A DNA stretch of 64,000 bases from Hydrolagus affinis (taxonomy: Eukaryota): the NCBI GenBank assembly GCA_012026655.1, contig JAAILG010001267.1, positions 1-64,000 of the forward strand, given 5' to 3'. Numbering within the stretch: the first letter of the stretch is position 1; each line of letters begins with the position of its first letter. A model generated the notes under the pieces. That model was not told the DNA's origin, made no database searches, and saw nothing but the letters and a program-made list of their open reading frames with translations. Below, piece after piece: positions 51,955 to 64,000 of this stretch. Made by a program: the position numbers and the translations under genes.

Positions 51955-52887
51955 GTCTTTAAAACTGAAAACGTGTGAGATATTGTGAACAAACGCTTAC
52001 GGAGTTCTAGAAAAATTAATACCCTTGGGTATTAAACCATTTAGTATTCTGAGGAATAGACTGGAATGGTTAGTTGAAGATGACTGTCAAAAAATAATAC
52101 CAATAATAATCCTTGCATTTGATATAGTTTTGAGAGAAGTGTACAATAGGATTCCTTAATAATGGTGCAAGTGGACTTCAGATAAATAGGCGTGTGCATA
52201 GCAGGAATTCGGCTCAGAAAGTGGATTGTATCTGTGTGGAGTCACTGTGACTCCCGTCGGCAGCCGTGCTTTCAGCCACTCTGCGCCAAATCTCTAGAAC
52301 TCACTGCCTCAATCCCTCCATCTTGCCCCCCCGTGCCCATCTTTCAATCACTCCTAACCATCGTCTTCAACTGTGCCTTTAGTTTCAACTTGGCGTCAAA
52401 CCACGCCACTGTTAAGCGCTCAGGGACACTATTTGCATGAAAGATGCTTTATAAATGTGAGTTGTTGTTGGATCATCTACTTCTGCTTAGACCTGTCATT
52501 CAGCAACATGTTTCAGCTACAATCATCCATTGGTAACCAAATCTTGTTGTATCTTCAAAATAACAATAACAAATTTCTCGGAATTATCTGCCTTTCATAT
52601 AACTGGATTGACTGAAAATTATGTAACGGGTGAAAGTAGACTTGCCAGAAAATAATCTTAGCAGAAATAGCTTCTTTTTCATCCCAATTTTAATGCTTCA
52701 AATCTTCAATCTGAATACTATTTTGAGGTTCAAAAAACTGCGTTCTGATCTTAATTTCAATCAGGGTAAGTAAATAGTTATATTTAAAATATATTCAGAA
52801 CCTGCTGCCTCCATATCATCCATCCTGAAATGTGGTTCTCCGTGTTAATGTTCCAGTCATTTGTTCTGCTGCAGTTAACAACACACA

Positions 52888-53125
52888 GGAGGAGAAATGT
52901 CACCTGGGTAACTCTCTTTATGTCACATTTCAGAGAGTCAGAATTTAGCAAATAATTAAACGTATTTAGAATTTCATTTAGAACCTGTTTCGGATAAGTT
53001 TCTTTAAAAAAAAACTCAACAGAAAACTGACTTCAAAGTCAAAGAAAACAAAACCGAACGATGTGCCAAATTCTGGACTCTGAAATGCTGCATAAAGAGA
53101 GTACATCTAGGTGGAATTTGCACCC
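52888..53125. mobile_element. MITE, best-preserved copy (about 60-bp imperfect TIRs)
   Basis: Left GGAGAAATGTCACCTGGGTAACTCTCTTTATGTCACATTTCAGAG is an imperfect reverse complement of right CTCTGAAATGCTGCATAAAGAGAGTACATCTAGGTGGAATTTGCACCC. Confidence 0.7.
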
Positions 53126-53944
53126 TTACACTGGCAAAACATGAACTTTATATTCCTACTACATTTCCTCACTGTTATATTCCCTCTCCACTTTAGCAGA
53201 ATGCCAGCAAACTCTGCCAAGAAGACACGGGTGAAGTACTTCTAGGAAATTACTATCAGAAATAGTTATGTATGAATATGATTAAATTACTAAAACTTTG
53301 ACAGTAAATTCCTTGCCAAGTCTTCCTCTTAGCACATCATTCAATGCTTGGATCCTAAGAGAATCTAATACCTTGGAACAGAAGCACCAGGGCATTCATG
53401 CTACAATTAAATCCCTGGCTTACGACCAACTCCCAGAACGCAGCCACGACACTGGCAGTAAGTACATTCTGCAGCACAGCATAGTAAACAAGTTTTCGTG
53501 TTATACATTTGCCAATATAATTTGGCACTATGGCTGAAAAGTCATATTTTGTGAGATCCTGAATTGTAACCAATTGCTTCGGAAGGTGTCGCCTCGCATG
53601 GCAGCAACACCAGTGTTAAAAGCAACTCATTCTGAAAAGAACTCAGTTGCTCTGATAGATTCCGAGGTTGCACCTTTACTTTCTCTCTCCAGTTACTTCA
53701 CACTCGCTTGCGCCGATACAAAAGGGTCGGCGTTTGTGTCCAGATGCTCTGGAAAACGACCCACTTGCAGGAAGCAGACTTTATTTCTCAATAGCCTAAC
53801 TTCCTCCGTGGTCTCCCCTCCTGAAGTGTTTTAAATGACAAGACTGTTCATCGTTAGGGTTAAGTTGCGTATACCTGGTTAAGCAGTTTTGGGAGTCCTG
53901 AATCATCACCTAAAGTCCCACATTTTCTCAGTTTAACGCTTTAT

Positions 53945-54130
53945 TCTTGCTGCCTACCTCACCTCCTTCAAGGAATGGCTCAAGACCCTTGTCGACCGCG
54001 CTTTCGGGCACCCTCCCTGCCCTCCACCCTCCCTTACCTCAACCTCACAGCTCGGGTCCAAACCCTTGATTGTCAAGCGCCTCAGGACGTCCTCCCGACG
54101 TGATGGGCGCTATTCAAATGCAATTTTGTA
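53945..54130 (+). mobile_element. L2 LINE 3' end
   Basis: TCCTTCAAG...CTCAAGACC...GGACGTCCTCCCGACGTGATGGGCGCTATTCAAATGCAA. Confidence 0.75.
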
Positions 54131-56331
54131 TTAGTGTTTATGTTATGCATGATAAAATAAATGTAAATACATATGCTTTCCTGGCTTGCGGGTTGCAACA
54201 CCACAAATGTTCATTTGCAAGTGCTGTTTGCAAGTGGAAATACTATCATGTGTTAGTCATCTACCAAAGAAAATCTCTATGGATTCCTTCTGCACTAAAA
54301 CTCAATACTATTTCCACCAAATTGCTTTCCATCTCACAAATCCAATAGCACAAATCAATAGCGCAGAGTGTGATGGACAATAAAAATGGTGTGCATACAG
54401 GCAGGGAGCTATACCGATAATTTTACTGGTCATGAGACGCTGAGAATATTATCGACATATCACCCGCCGAGGAACAATAACAGAGCCTCGAAGCCCCGTG
54501 ATAGAAGCTTTCGGTACATGTTTTCTTTATGTGAAATGCCAAACACTATTATAACATTGCCTGAGATACAGCTGAGGGAGATCAAATTGAAGAACCGCAG
54601 TTTGCCTCGAGAAAGCAGATGGGCATTCTTCAGTGAGCGCGAAGGTTAGCTTTTTGCGAAACAAGTGGAAACCCATCATCCCTTGTAAGTGAAATGTGCT
54701 ATTTTTAAAGCCTGCTGTGTGTGTGGAAGAAGAAAAAAAGTTTTAATGACACATTATTTTTGAAATGTCACTTTTGACAGGTTGGCTTCCTGAATGATGA
54801 TATTTCTTCCGCAAGTTGGAATTTGATCATATCCCCCAAATTCTGACTGATTATTGACTGTCCATTCAATACCAATTGAGGGCATGCGGAGCTCAAACTT
54901 TCAGCTGGAACCAGCAAATTCCCATCATTTCATCTGAATTAGGTCTCGTCCTTCAATTGACCTGTCGAGCTTCAATTCCCCCAGCCTAGTTCACACTCAG
55001 ACTGTTATTACTTTAACCGTGGAATATAGTGCATCTTGGTTTAGTTGCCCATTGTCAAATAAAGACTTCAATGGAAACTCCCGTGTAATTATATGTAACA
55101 TGTGAAATTGCAATAGATTTCACATCCAGTGTTTCAAGTTGAAGTAGCTGAGTATATAACCCTCTGATGTTAGCAGGCATTGGGACTACAGATTAGGGTA
55201 CAACAGGTTCTACACTTCATTCTACTGAATTCTCAATTTCATTTTATCACTTTGAAGAAATGTAAATACATGGACCAGGCATCTCTACATTTGTGTGTGC
55301 GTGTGCGTGTGTTGGGGCTGTATATATGCCCCTAACTGCTTAATTACAGATCACCATTTCATTTGCTTTGTCACAAATGTCTCACTCGCTCACAGATTGC
55401 CCAAGGGAAGAAAATTTAGCTGTGGACACACAAGGGAGACACTCACTAAGTAAAATTGTTGTCAGATCTAGTGTTGAACAGTGGGCACAAATGTGCAGGA
55501 TTTGTCCAGGGAATAGCAACTTCCGTTTTGCAGAATTTGTGATGAAAACAGAGGATTTGGGGGACATCGGATCTGCACATTTTTCTGTGAGTTTCCTGAG
55601 CCTGAATGTGCAATTGAGCCAACAAATCCATTTTGCAAAATGGCAAATTAGATCCCACTGCCTTCTTTGTCACAGAAATGTGTCATGAAATGCAAAGAAA
55701 ATCCTCTGACCAAGTATAACTGTCAAGACATATATACAAGACATGCCTTTCAATGGATATAAGACAATGATCTAATCTCAGGGGCTGAAATGATGGACAT
55801 AAATTGCTTGATGTTTACTTTTGTGGTTTATGATGTCACGAAAAGTCACTGATTGGATTATAGCCTTGTAATTCACTGAGAAGATATCCATTATCCCCTG
55901 GATGATGACATTTCTAGAGAGTATAATCGAAGAGGTAATATATCTGTGGTCGATAAAAGCACCCGCAAATCCCTCTCGACGTTTCCTACTGTTCGCAATC
56001 TTTAGACATAAATTAACCATCATGGAAACCAAAGGAGAAGAGAAGCTCAGGTATTTATAAGTTAGTTTTCAGCTCTAGGTCCTGTTAAGAATCAATTGTT
56101 ATATATGAGCATAATTTTTTTCCTTCCCCACCTTCAGACATCATACAAACATGTAAAATAACACAATCTGAATTCTAATATAATTTTACAATTACAGTGA
56201 AAATAAATGGTTATGGATGAATGTCAAGTCTGTTTAAACTCGAGTTAAACCTGGATCGCAGGTTTTACAGTAAACCTTGCAGAGGATATGTGCAGAAGAT
56301 GATGCAAAACATCTTTCATTAGATCATGGCT

Positions 56332-56710
56332 ATGGAGTCCTGTAGCATAGTGGTTAGCGCATTCGCCTCGCAAGCAAGAGAATCTGAATTTGATCCCCAA
56401 CAGGCGAAACCTTAGGTAAATTTTCTTATTCCACAATCCTCTGTTTACCTTCCAATAAATCAGAACCTGGTTATTAGTCAATCCATGGATTGCTTTCCAG
56501 GTGTAAAAATCCTTCCGAAAAAAAGTGGGTCACTCAATCAATGACTGTGTGCAATTGACTGCTGTGTTTCACCCACAAAATACACCATTGATTCACTTTA
56601 GATTATATCCTGTGAAGTGCTTTGAGAAGTCTTAAAGAAGTAATGAGGCCCTGTATTATTTTACTAATAATTTATATTATTATCAAGGATTATTATTATT
56701 ATTATTATTA
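56332..56710 (+). mobile_element. tRNA-derived SINE (long-body subfamily)
   Basis: TGGAGTCCTGTAGCATAGTGGTTAGCGCATTCGCC head and long (ATT)n tail. Confidence 0.82.
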
Positions 56711-56972
56711 TTGCTTTGTTGCTGAACAAATCTGAACAACTAATTCATCATACTATTTGGAGGTCAAAGGGCAGGGGGACACATTGCTGATTTGAGCAAT
56801 GTTACGTGATGATAAATAAGACCGTTGTTCAAAAGGAATGACCCTTGTTCCCTTGACCCTTGTTCAAGTATTTTTTTTTCCGTACAGCAAAATACATCTC
56901 AAGTGAAATAAGAGCAGAATCTCACGCCAACATAATATCAGACCCAAATTCCCATATGTTTGGACACTATAT

Positions 56973-57653
56973 TGTGGAGTCCTGTAGCTCAGTGGTTAGT
57001 CGCCTTACAACAACAACAAAATTCCATTTATAGAGCACCTTTCACGTTGGGAGGATGTCTCAAGGCGCTGAAGAATGAGGTCGGGACCAGCAGTGAGGCA
57101 AGGATCGGGGTAGGGGGAAGGAGAGTAGGAGAATTGACTGTATATTTGTGGGCGAAACGCAGTAGCCAATTGCACACAGCGGTGTCCTACAAATAGTCGT
57201 GGAAGTGGGATTAGGGGAGAAAGGGGAGAAAAAGGGTAAGGGGGGAGAGGGATGGAAAGGTGAGGTGGGCTGAAGTCAGGGAGGAAAAGAGCTGGAGAAA
57301 GCGGAGTAAGGGGGGAGAGGGAGGGAAAGGTAGGGGGGGTTAAAATCAGGGAGAAATGGGGGGGAGAAAGGGGGGTAAAGTAAATGAGAGCCCTGGGTTC
57401 GATTCCCAGCAGGACAAAACCTTGAGCATGTTTCCATACTCCACTCACCTAATAATAATCCCTCAAGAAAAAATAAATAAATTGATCATTTCAATCCATG
57501 AATGTTTATGGGACACCGCTGTGTGTAATTGGCTGCCGCGTTTCGCCCACAAGTATACAGTCAATTCACTTTGCAGTATTTTCTGTGAAGCGCTTTGAGA
57601 TGGCTAGAAGACGTGAAAAGCTCTATATTAAAATGCAAGGATTATTATTATTA
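56973..57653 (+). mobile_element. SINE interrupted by an antisense L2 tail, an antisense SINE piece and a GA-rich tract
   Basis: The head stops at CGCCTTACAA (57010) and resumes at GAGAGCCCTGGGTTCGATTCC (about 57386). Confidence 0.8.
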
Positions 57654-58640
57654 TATTGATAGTTGAAAACTCTCACAGGTCTAGTCAACTGAGATTGGGA
57701 CACGGTTCTTTTTTGAAATACTATAATGTAGAGCGAGCTTTCTTTGGAATCCAGCTTGTGCTGTAACTGTGATATCTTTTTCAATAACACTGTTAAATTG
57801 GTTTGTGCTGCAAATTGGTTCTAAAGTACTCTGTGATATGGACAAACAGTTTGCTATAAATAAACTGAACGATGATTCCCAAAGTGAAACCTATCGATTC
57901 CTTATAATTAATATTCATAAAACTGACAAAAAGTCAGGATGGCTTTCACATATCTCTCTGCATTCTGGCTGTTCTTTGTGGGAGAGATATTGACACCCAC
58001 TTGCTTTCCCAACACCACTTTGTCTAAAGGAAAGCTTTATGTTAAAAAGCAATATCTCTGTGAATAATCCCACATTTTATTCAGCCTCCACCCCTCGCTC
58101 AAATTTCCCCCACACTTGATTAATCATATACATGAAACAGGCTGCCACTGTGCCTGATCTAGTCTCAAGTGAACCCAGCGACTGTTTATCGAACACGCCG
58201 ATGTGAACCGTATCTTCATCAGAGGAATTACTTTCAACAACATCTTGAAGGTGTGATGGAGCAGCAATGATGTGTTTTGCATGTGCAGTGGCAAATACCC
58301 CAATTAAAAATAAACAGAACGCACTGTAAAACTATTAGTGCACAGTGCGGAGAGAGATCACAGAAGGATCTTACCACGCTTGTTACTAAATGCATGATTT
58401 TCCATCAGTCCCAAAACACTACGATGCACTAATCTGCTGTCACACAACTGCGTTCAACCTGAGCACAGTCCAACCTCGGCACAAACTCCTGAGGTGGGTA
58501 AAGTAGTTTTGATCACGTTGTTCGTCTCATTAACGTTTGAACTCCACCAATTATTGAAATAGAAATGAGCTAAAGTTGGAATTCTTTTATATGGGTGAAT
58601 TGTTTGCACATCGCGGTGAAGGGTCTTAAAGCTAAGGATT

Positions 58641-58968
58641 TGTGGAGCCCGGTAGCTCGGTGGTTAGAGCACTCGCCTTATAAGCGTGAGACCTGTGTTT
58701 GAATCTAGGCAGATCAGAGCGAAACCTTGGTCAAGTTTCCTTTCTCCACACACACCCCTAATAATGATCCATCAAAAAAACACACAATAATAAAAATTGT
58801 TCATTTTCAATCCACAACTGTTTGTGGGACACTGCTGTATGCAATTGGCTGCCGCATTACGCTCACAAATATACAGTCAATTAACTTTACAGAATATTCT
58901 GTGAAGCGCTTTGAGACATCAATGAGATGTGAAAAGCACAATATCAAATGCAAGGATTATTATTATTA
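58641..58968 (+). mobile_element. Full-length SINE flanked by 116-bp direct repeats
   Basis: Complete head and tail; flanks 58525-58640 and 58969-59084 are colinear copies. Confidence 0.9.
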
Positions 58969-59348
58969 TCTGATTAATGTTTGAACTCCACTGATTATTG
59001 AAATGGAAATGGGCTAAAGTTGGAGTTCTTTCATATGGGTGAATTGTTTGCACATCATGGTGAATGGGCTTAGAGCTAAGGATTATTCCTGTTATTTGCA
59101 GTAAATGTCAGCATTCAGTACTCACGGGCCTACCAGAGCACAGGTTAGATGCAGGGTAAAGTTTCTCCCCATGCACTATTTCTGATGCATTCTGTTTTAA
59201 CCCCAATTTCAGAAGAGCACTCCCACTGTTCCAACGTTTCACTCACATCCGACAACTCTATGGCTTCGCTATGGAGCATGGCTGCCTGCGAACGTGAATT
59301 CAGTCCACACTGATGTGGTGGAAGTAAAATCTGCAGCAAAAAGAAATG

Positions 59349-59653
59349 AAAACGCAAAATACTGCACATGCTGGAAACCTGAAACAAAAACAGAAGTCCC
59401 TGGGAACAACAATAACACAAACAAGAACAAAATTACACTTACATAACGCCTTTCACGTCGGGAGGACGTCCCAAAGCGCTGAACACTCAGCAGGTCAGGC
59501 AGCATCTATGGAGAAAGGAAAAGTGAGTCAACCTTTCGGGTCCACGACCCTTCGTCTAACCCTTTGGTCATGGACCCGAAACTTTGACTCACTCTTCCTT
59601 TCTCCATGGATGCTGCCTGACTCGCTGAGTGTTCCCAGCAACTTCTGTTCTTG
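59349..59653. mobile_element. Penelope-like inverted terminal repeat pair (long hairpin) with an inserted L2 tail
   Basis: Arm AACACTCAGCAGGTCAGGCAGCATCTATGGAGAAAGGAA...GGGTCCA pairs with TGGACCC...TTCCTTTCTCCATGGATGCTGCCTGACTCGCTGAGTGTT. L2 tail at 59409-59480. Confidence 0.72.
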
Positions 59654-60416
59654 TGACAAAAATAAATTGTTCTGTGAACCATACTGCTCCACTACCCTGG
59701 CTAGATATTTCCCTATAATGCAGGGTCTATGCTCACAAAGTTTGTGATAATATGGTTCTATTGTATTACTACAGCAATTGTTAATGTCAGCTAAGGTACA
59801 GCCTGTATTTTTAAACTAGCAATTTGCTCACATTACATGTTTAACCTACAATTATTTTGTATTACGCTGTCATTGTCAGGTAATAGGCTGCAATTTTCTG
59901 CCCAGAGGTAACAGGTGTTATTAATAGTATAAATAAAGATTCTCAAGAACCCCAAATAACAGCTGTTGAATCGAGTGAATGTGGTCTGCGGAGATCAACT
60001 GCAATTGTAATAATTAAATATGAAGTTCATTTTTAGGGTTCAACATTTATAAATACTAAGCGCTTAAGTTATTCAAAGAATATTCTGCAAAAACATGCAT
60101 TACATTAGTGCTTTGGATGCAAAACACTTCCGCCTTTTAAAATGCGCACACTCTCGTCTTCCAGCGACAAATTTGAAAAGTAAAACAGAAATTATACAGG
60201 TATCAAATGTGTGCAAATTCATGGTGTACATTTCCTTAGAATCTGTGGGTGAAAATAAGCCTTTAATACCAAATTCCTTGTTGCATATTGTCACCCAGTA
60301 ACTGTGTTGATTACTAAGTAGGCTGTAACTTAAGATGAGTATTTTCTGAAGAGAGATGGCGAGGAAATAGCCAGAACATATACAATAATAACATAATAAT
60401 CCTTGCATTTGATATA

Positions 60417-61640
60417 CAACTACAACAACAACATTACATTTGTATAGTGCCCTTCATGTCAGGTGGACATCCCAAGGCACTGGACAGTCACTGATCCAGA
60501 CCCGAGCTGAGGAAAGGGTGGGGGGGATGGGTGGGTGGGAAAGTGGGGGGGAGGAGTTGCTGATGAGTCCATCGAAGAAGAGAATCTTGAGGCGAGACTT
60601 GAAGGAGGCTAGGGAGGGGGGCGAGGCAGAGGGATTTCGGGATGGAATTTCAGAGTGGCTGAAGGCTCACTCGCCAATAGTTATAATAATAATAATAATA
60701 ATCATCCTTGCATTTGATATAGCACTTTCCACATCTTATCAACGTCCCAAAGCGCTTCACAGAAGTGAATTGACTGTATATATTTGTGGGCGAATCGCAG
60801 CAGCCAAATTGCTCACAGCAGTGTCCCACACACAGTTGTGGATTGAAATGACCAATTTTATTATTGTGGTTTTTTTGGAGGGATTATTATTAGGCGTGTG
60901 GAGTAAGGAAACTTGCCCAAGGTTTCTCCCTGACCCACCTGGATTCGAACACAGGTCTTCCCAGCTTGGTCTCCCCAGCTTGCAAGACAAGTGCTCTAAC
61001 CACTGAGCCACAGGAGCTCCAGGTTGGGCAGGTGGGTCGGGGGACGTGGAGCAGGCCAGAGCCTGCTGAACAGAGGGCGCGGGCAAGTCAGTAAGGGGAT
61101 AGGAGGTCACAGATGTAGGGTGGGGTGAGGTTGTGTAGGGCTTTAAATGTGAGGACCTTGAAGTGGATCCTCTGGATGATGGGAAGCCAATGGAGTCGGG
61201 CAAGGATGGGGGAGATGGGATCATGGAGTTTGGAATGGTAGAGGACACGGGCCGCAGAGTTCTGGATTATCTGCGGCCTGTGGAGGGAAGAGTTGGGAGG
61301 GCCGACCAGCAAGGCATTTGCGTAATCGAGCCGTGATGTAATGAAGGCGTGGATGAGGGTTTCAGCGGCTTTAAGGGTGAGGTAATGGCAGAGTCGGGAA
61401 ATGTTGCGGAGGTGGGGAAAGGCAGAGCGAGTCATTGCTTGGATGTGAGTGGGGGAAAGACAGTTGAGGGTCAAACAAGACACTTAGGTATCTGACTGGC
61501 TTGGTGAGGTTGAGTATGCAATTATGGAGGTTAATGCAGCCAGCGCCTGATGCAAGAAGGCGCTGGCACGAGCCAATCAGTAGGTTCTCAGTCTTGTTGA
61601 CATTCAATTGTAGAAAGTTTGCTCTCATCCAGGACTTGAT
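60417..61640 (-). mobile_element. 5'-truncated L2 LINE (ORF2 C-terminus and 3' UTR), interrupted by a SINE
   Basis: Peptides FLQLNVNKTE, HLRNISRL...AAETLIHAFITSRLDYANALL...IQNSAARVL...PILARLHWLPI...FKALH...PPY are the classic L2 RT C-terminus; frameshifted; (CAA)n tail at 60417. Confidence 0.9.
60683..61020 (-). mobile_element. Full-length SINE nested in the L2
   Basis: (TAA)n tail at 60683 through reverse head GTGCTCTAACCACTGAGCCACAGGAGCTCC. Confidence 0.88.
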
Positions 61641-61658
61641 ATATGTGCTTTTGATGTC

Positions 61659-61955
61659 TTGATATAGTGCTTATCACGTCATCTAAACGTCTCAAAGCGC
61701 TTCACAGAAAAAACTGACTATATATTTGACTGTATATTTGTGGGTGAAACACGGCAGCCAATTGCGCACAGCAGTGTCCCACAAACAGTTGTGGATTGAA
61801 ATGACCAATTTTATTATTTTTTGGGGGACGAGTTATTAGTAGGCATGTGGATTAAGGAAACATACCCAAGGTTTTGCCCTGACCTGCCTGGATTCAAAAC
61901 ACAGGTCTCACGCTTGTAAGGCGAGTTCTCTAACCACTGAGCTATAGCACTCCAC
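61659..61955 (-). mobile_element. SINE whose extreme tail is displaced to 60385-60416 by the L2 insertion
   Basis: Reverse body and head; the missing TAATAATCCTTGCATTTGATATA tail lies just left of the L2. Confidence 0.82.
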
Positions 61956-63849
61956 AAGAAGCACAAACACATTTGTCTGTGGTAATGAATACATCTGAAA
62001 TATGTCGAAAGGGAATTAGATTTTGTTTAAAAATTGTAAAAGAAAAACATAAAATGGAAAGTAGAAAAGGCAGGGAAGTTAGACGAAACCGAGAGCCAGC
62101 ATAGGCATGGTGGCCTGAATTCTTTTATTCTGAACAATGCCATGATTCACCTTCAAGTCCAAAGTCACACTTCATGTTATAAAGCTTTTATTACCCATCT
62201 GCCAACCTCAGTTTGCCTCCACCACACTTTGTGTTTGCAGTCTTTAGTTCAAGGTAGAACTTAAATCTAATAACACTTCTGATGTTTGCACATTCCTCAA
62301 CTTTTACTCAAATGGTCCGTCATCAAAAGAACCCAAATAAAGTCCTAAGGTCAAAAATAATTAAGGCCGGGAATCTGAAATAAATCTCTGAAAATGCTCA
62401 GCAGGTCAGCACCTGAAGAGAACAAATACATGTTAATGCTTGAAGTGCGACTGACCATTTAAGTGTTAGCTACAAAACAAAAGGCATCAGCCTGCGCTAT
62501 ATAAGACTCTCTGAATCCAAAAGTTTTTAGTTCAAACCTCAACCTTTTCAGTTGGAATTTGAGAGCCATAGTTCAGGCTGATACTCCAGCGCAGCACAGA
62601 TGGATCAAGATCACACCAGATGGACTATTCAACATGAGAAGCGAGTGCTTTCTAGTGTCCAAATCAACAATCCTTTGGATAAATTAGTCATTCACATTGT
62701 AGCTTTTTGTGAAGTGAATGCAAAGTGTTTCACACACCAACTTCCTAGAAAGCCACAGTGACTCGATTCTTTGGCAATTATGTGTGAAGAGTTTTGCATC
62801 ATAGGTGCTGTGTCAAATACAGGGATTATGTTAGCTCCTGTAGCTCAGTGGTTAGAGCACTCGCTTTGCAAGCGAGTCCAGGCAGGTCAGTAAAGTGTGA
62901 AAGTGTGAAAAGTGCATATCAAATGCAAGGATTATTATTACTGCATATTATTAGACAAGGCTCTTTTTATTGGAGAGAGTAGAGAAAATAAGACCAGGAA
63001 AAGGAAAAAAAAAACTCAAGTGATCCCTTATTTCAGCTGTTTATTGTAGCAGTGTGACTTTATTATCTTTATATAATCTAACATTGTTCTTATACCAATG
63101 AAAGATTGTAATCTTCTTTCAATCATTTGTTTTGATACAGAAACATTATTACAGTCCTCCAAGGCTTAAGAATGGATTCCTGTACAGTGATATTCGTGCT
63201 AGAATAAATGTTAAAAAATTAAATTAATACTAGTGAAATATGTTCGTGTTTGCAGAGCATTAATCCTGTAAGATGTGTATATCTCTTATGTATTAATGAG
63301 GTTGTTAAGTATTGCAAAATGACTCAAATCCAAAGGGACCCAAATTAGTTTGATTTTCTTGTACAAGAAAATTAAAGATTGGTTTAGTGGAAATGATTCA
63401 TACAGTTGTGAGGTGGGTAGGAAGTATGATATGTTTCCTACCCAGTGAAACCACCAAGCATTCTTGTGTTAGCTGTATCTGTGTAGTGGTCACGATACAG
63501 AAGAAAGCTCGCTCTACACTGTTCTGCATTCAATTTGTGAGGACTTGAGCTAACATGCGACTAGGTTGAGATCACCTAATTCATCTCACCCCAATAGAAA
63601 ATTTATTTCTCCATCAATCCAGCCTGATTTGAAACCCAGGAGCAAATGTCAACAGTCAGTGTCCATAAACCTGTTGCGCTATCTACCCGCCCCAGTGCCA
63701 AACTATTCCATTGTTCAGTGCTCTAAGACGTAATTGAAGGGCGCTATATGAGTGCAACTTGTTGTTTACCCCACATTTACACAGTCAATCTACTCTACAG
63801 TACAAGCTGTGAAACGCTTTGAGACATCTCAATGACTTGCTACGGTGCT

Positions 63850-64000
63850 ACAACAACAACAACAAAATGACACTTGTATAGTGCCTTTCACGTCCCAGGC
63901 GCTGGACAGTTATTGTGTCAGACGCAAGCTGTGGTCGGGGACGGGGAGGGTGGAGGGAAAGGGTCGGCATTTGGGGTGACCGATGGGACCGTCAAAGAGG
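63850..64000 (-). mobile_element. L2 3' end running off the window
   Basis: (CAA)n, then AATGACACTTGTATAGTGCCTTTCACGTCCCAGGCGCTG. Confidence 0.72.

Noticed and set aside
52000-64000. A downstream gene such as WWC1 or another coding exon
   Set aside because: No ORF resembles a known cellular protein; the longer ORFs derive from L2/SINE or low-complexity sequence.

Overview
Vertebrate genomic DNA, inferred from its repeat families to be a cartilaginous fish, probably a chimaera such as Callorhinchus. The window holds the 3' part of a teneurin-2 gene (TENM2/ODZ2) on the + strand. I can assemble 19 phase-compatible coding exons from 458 to the stop codon at 50841 (about 6.3 kb CDS, about 2,100 aa). 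They encode the last EGF repeats, the cysteine-rich/TTR/Ig-like region, the NHL beta-propeller with its 21-nt alternative microexon, the YD/RHS shell and the Tox-GHH/TCAP C-terminus. A 3' UTR follows, with AATAAA at about 51.95 kb, then about 12 kb with no recognisable gene. Introns are dense with tRNA-derived SINEs, L2 and CR1 LINE 3' ends, Deu-domain SINEs, a MITE family and Penelope-type terminal repeats. There are two 100-N gaps. I see no new multi-gene system. The best leads are a candidate 15-nt microexon at the EGF7/8 splice site, a TENM3/4-type NKDFRHS insert in a TENM2 gene, a GC-AG intron, degenerate minimal hammerhead ribozymes in Penelope-like repeats, an LF-SINE-like element and a SINE flanked by a 116-bp direct duplication. 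Family assignments rest on recalled consensus sequences, not on database searches.
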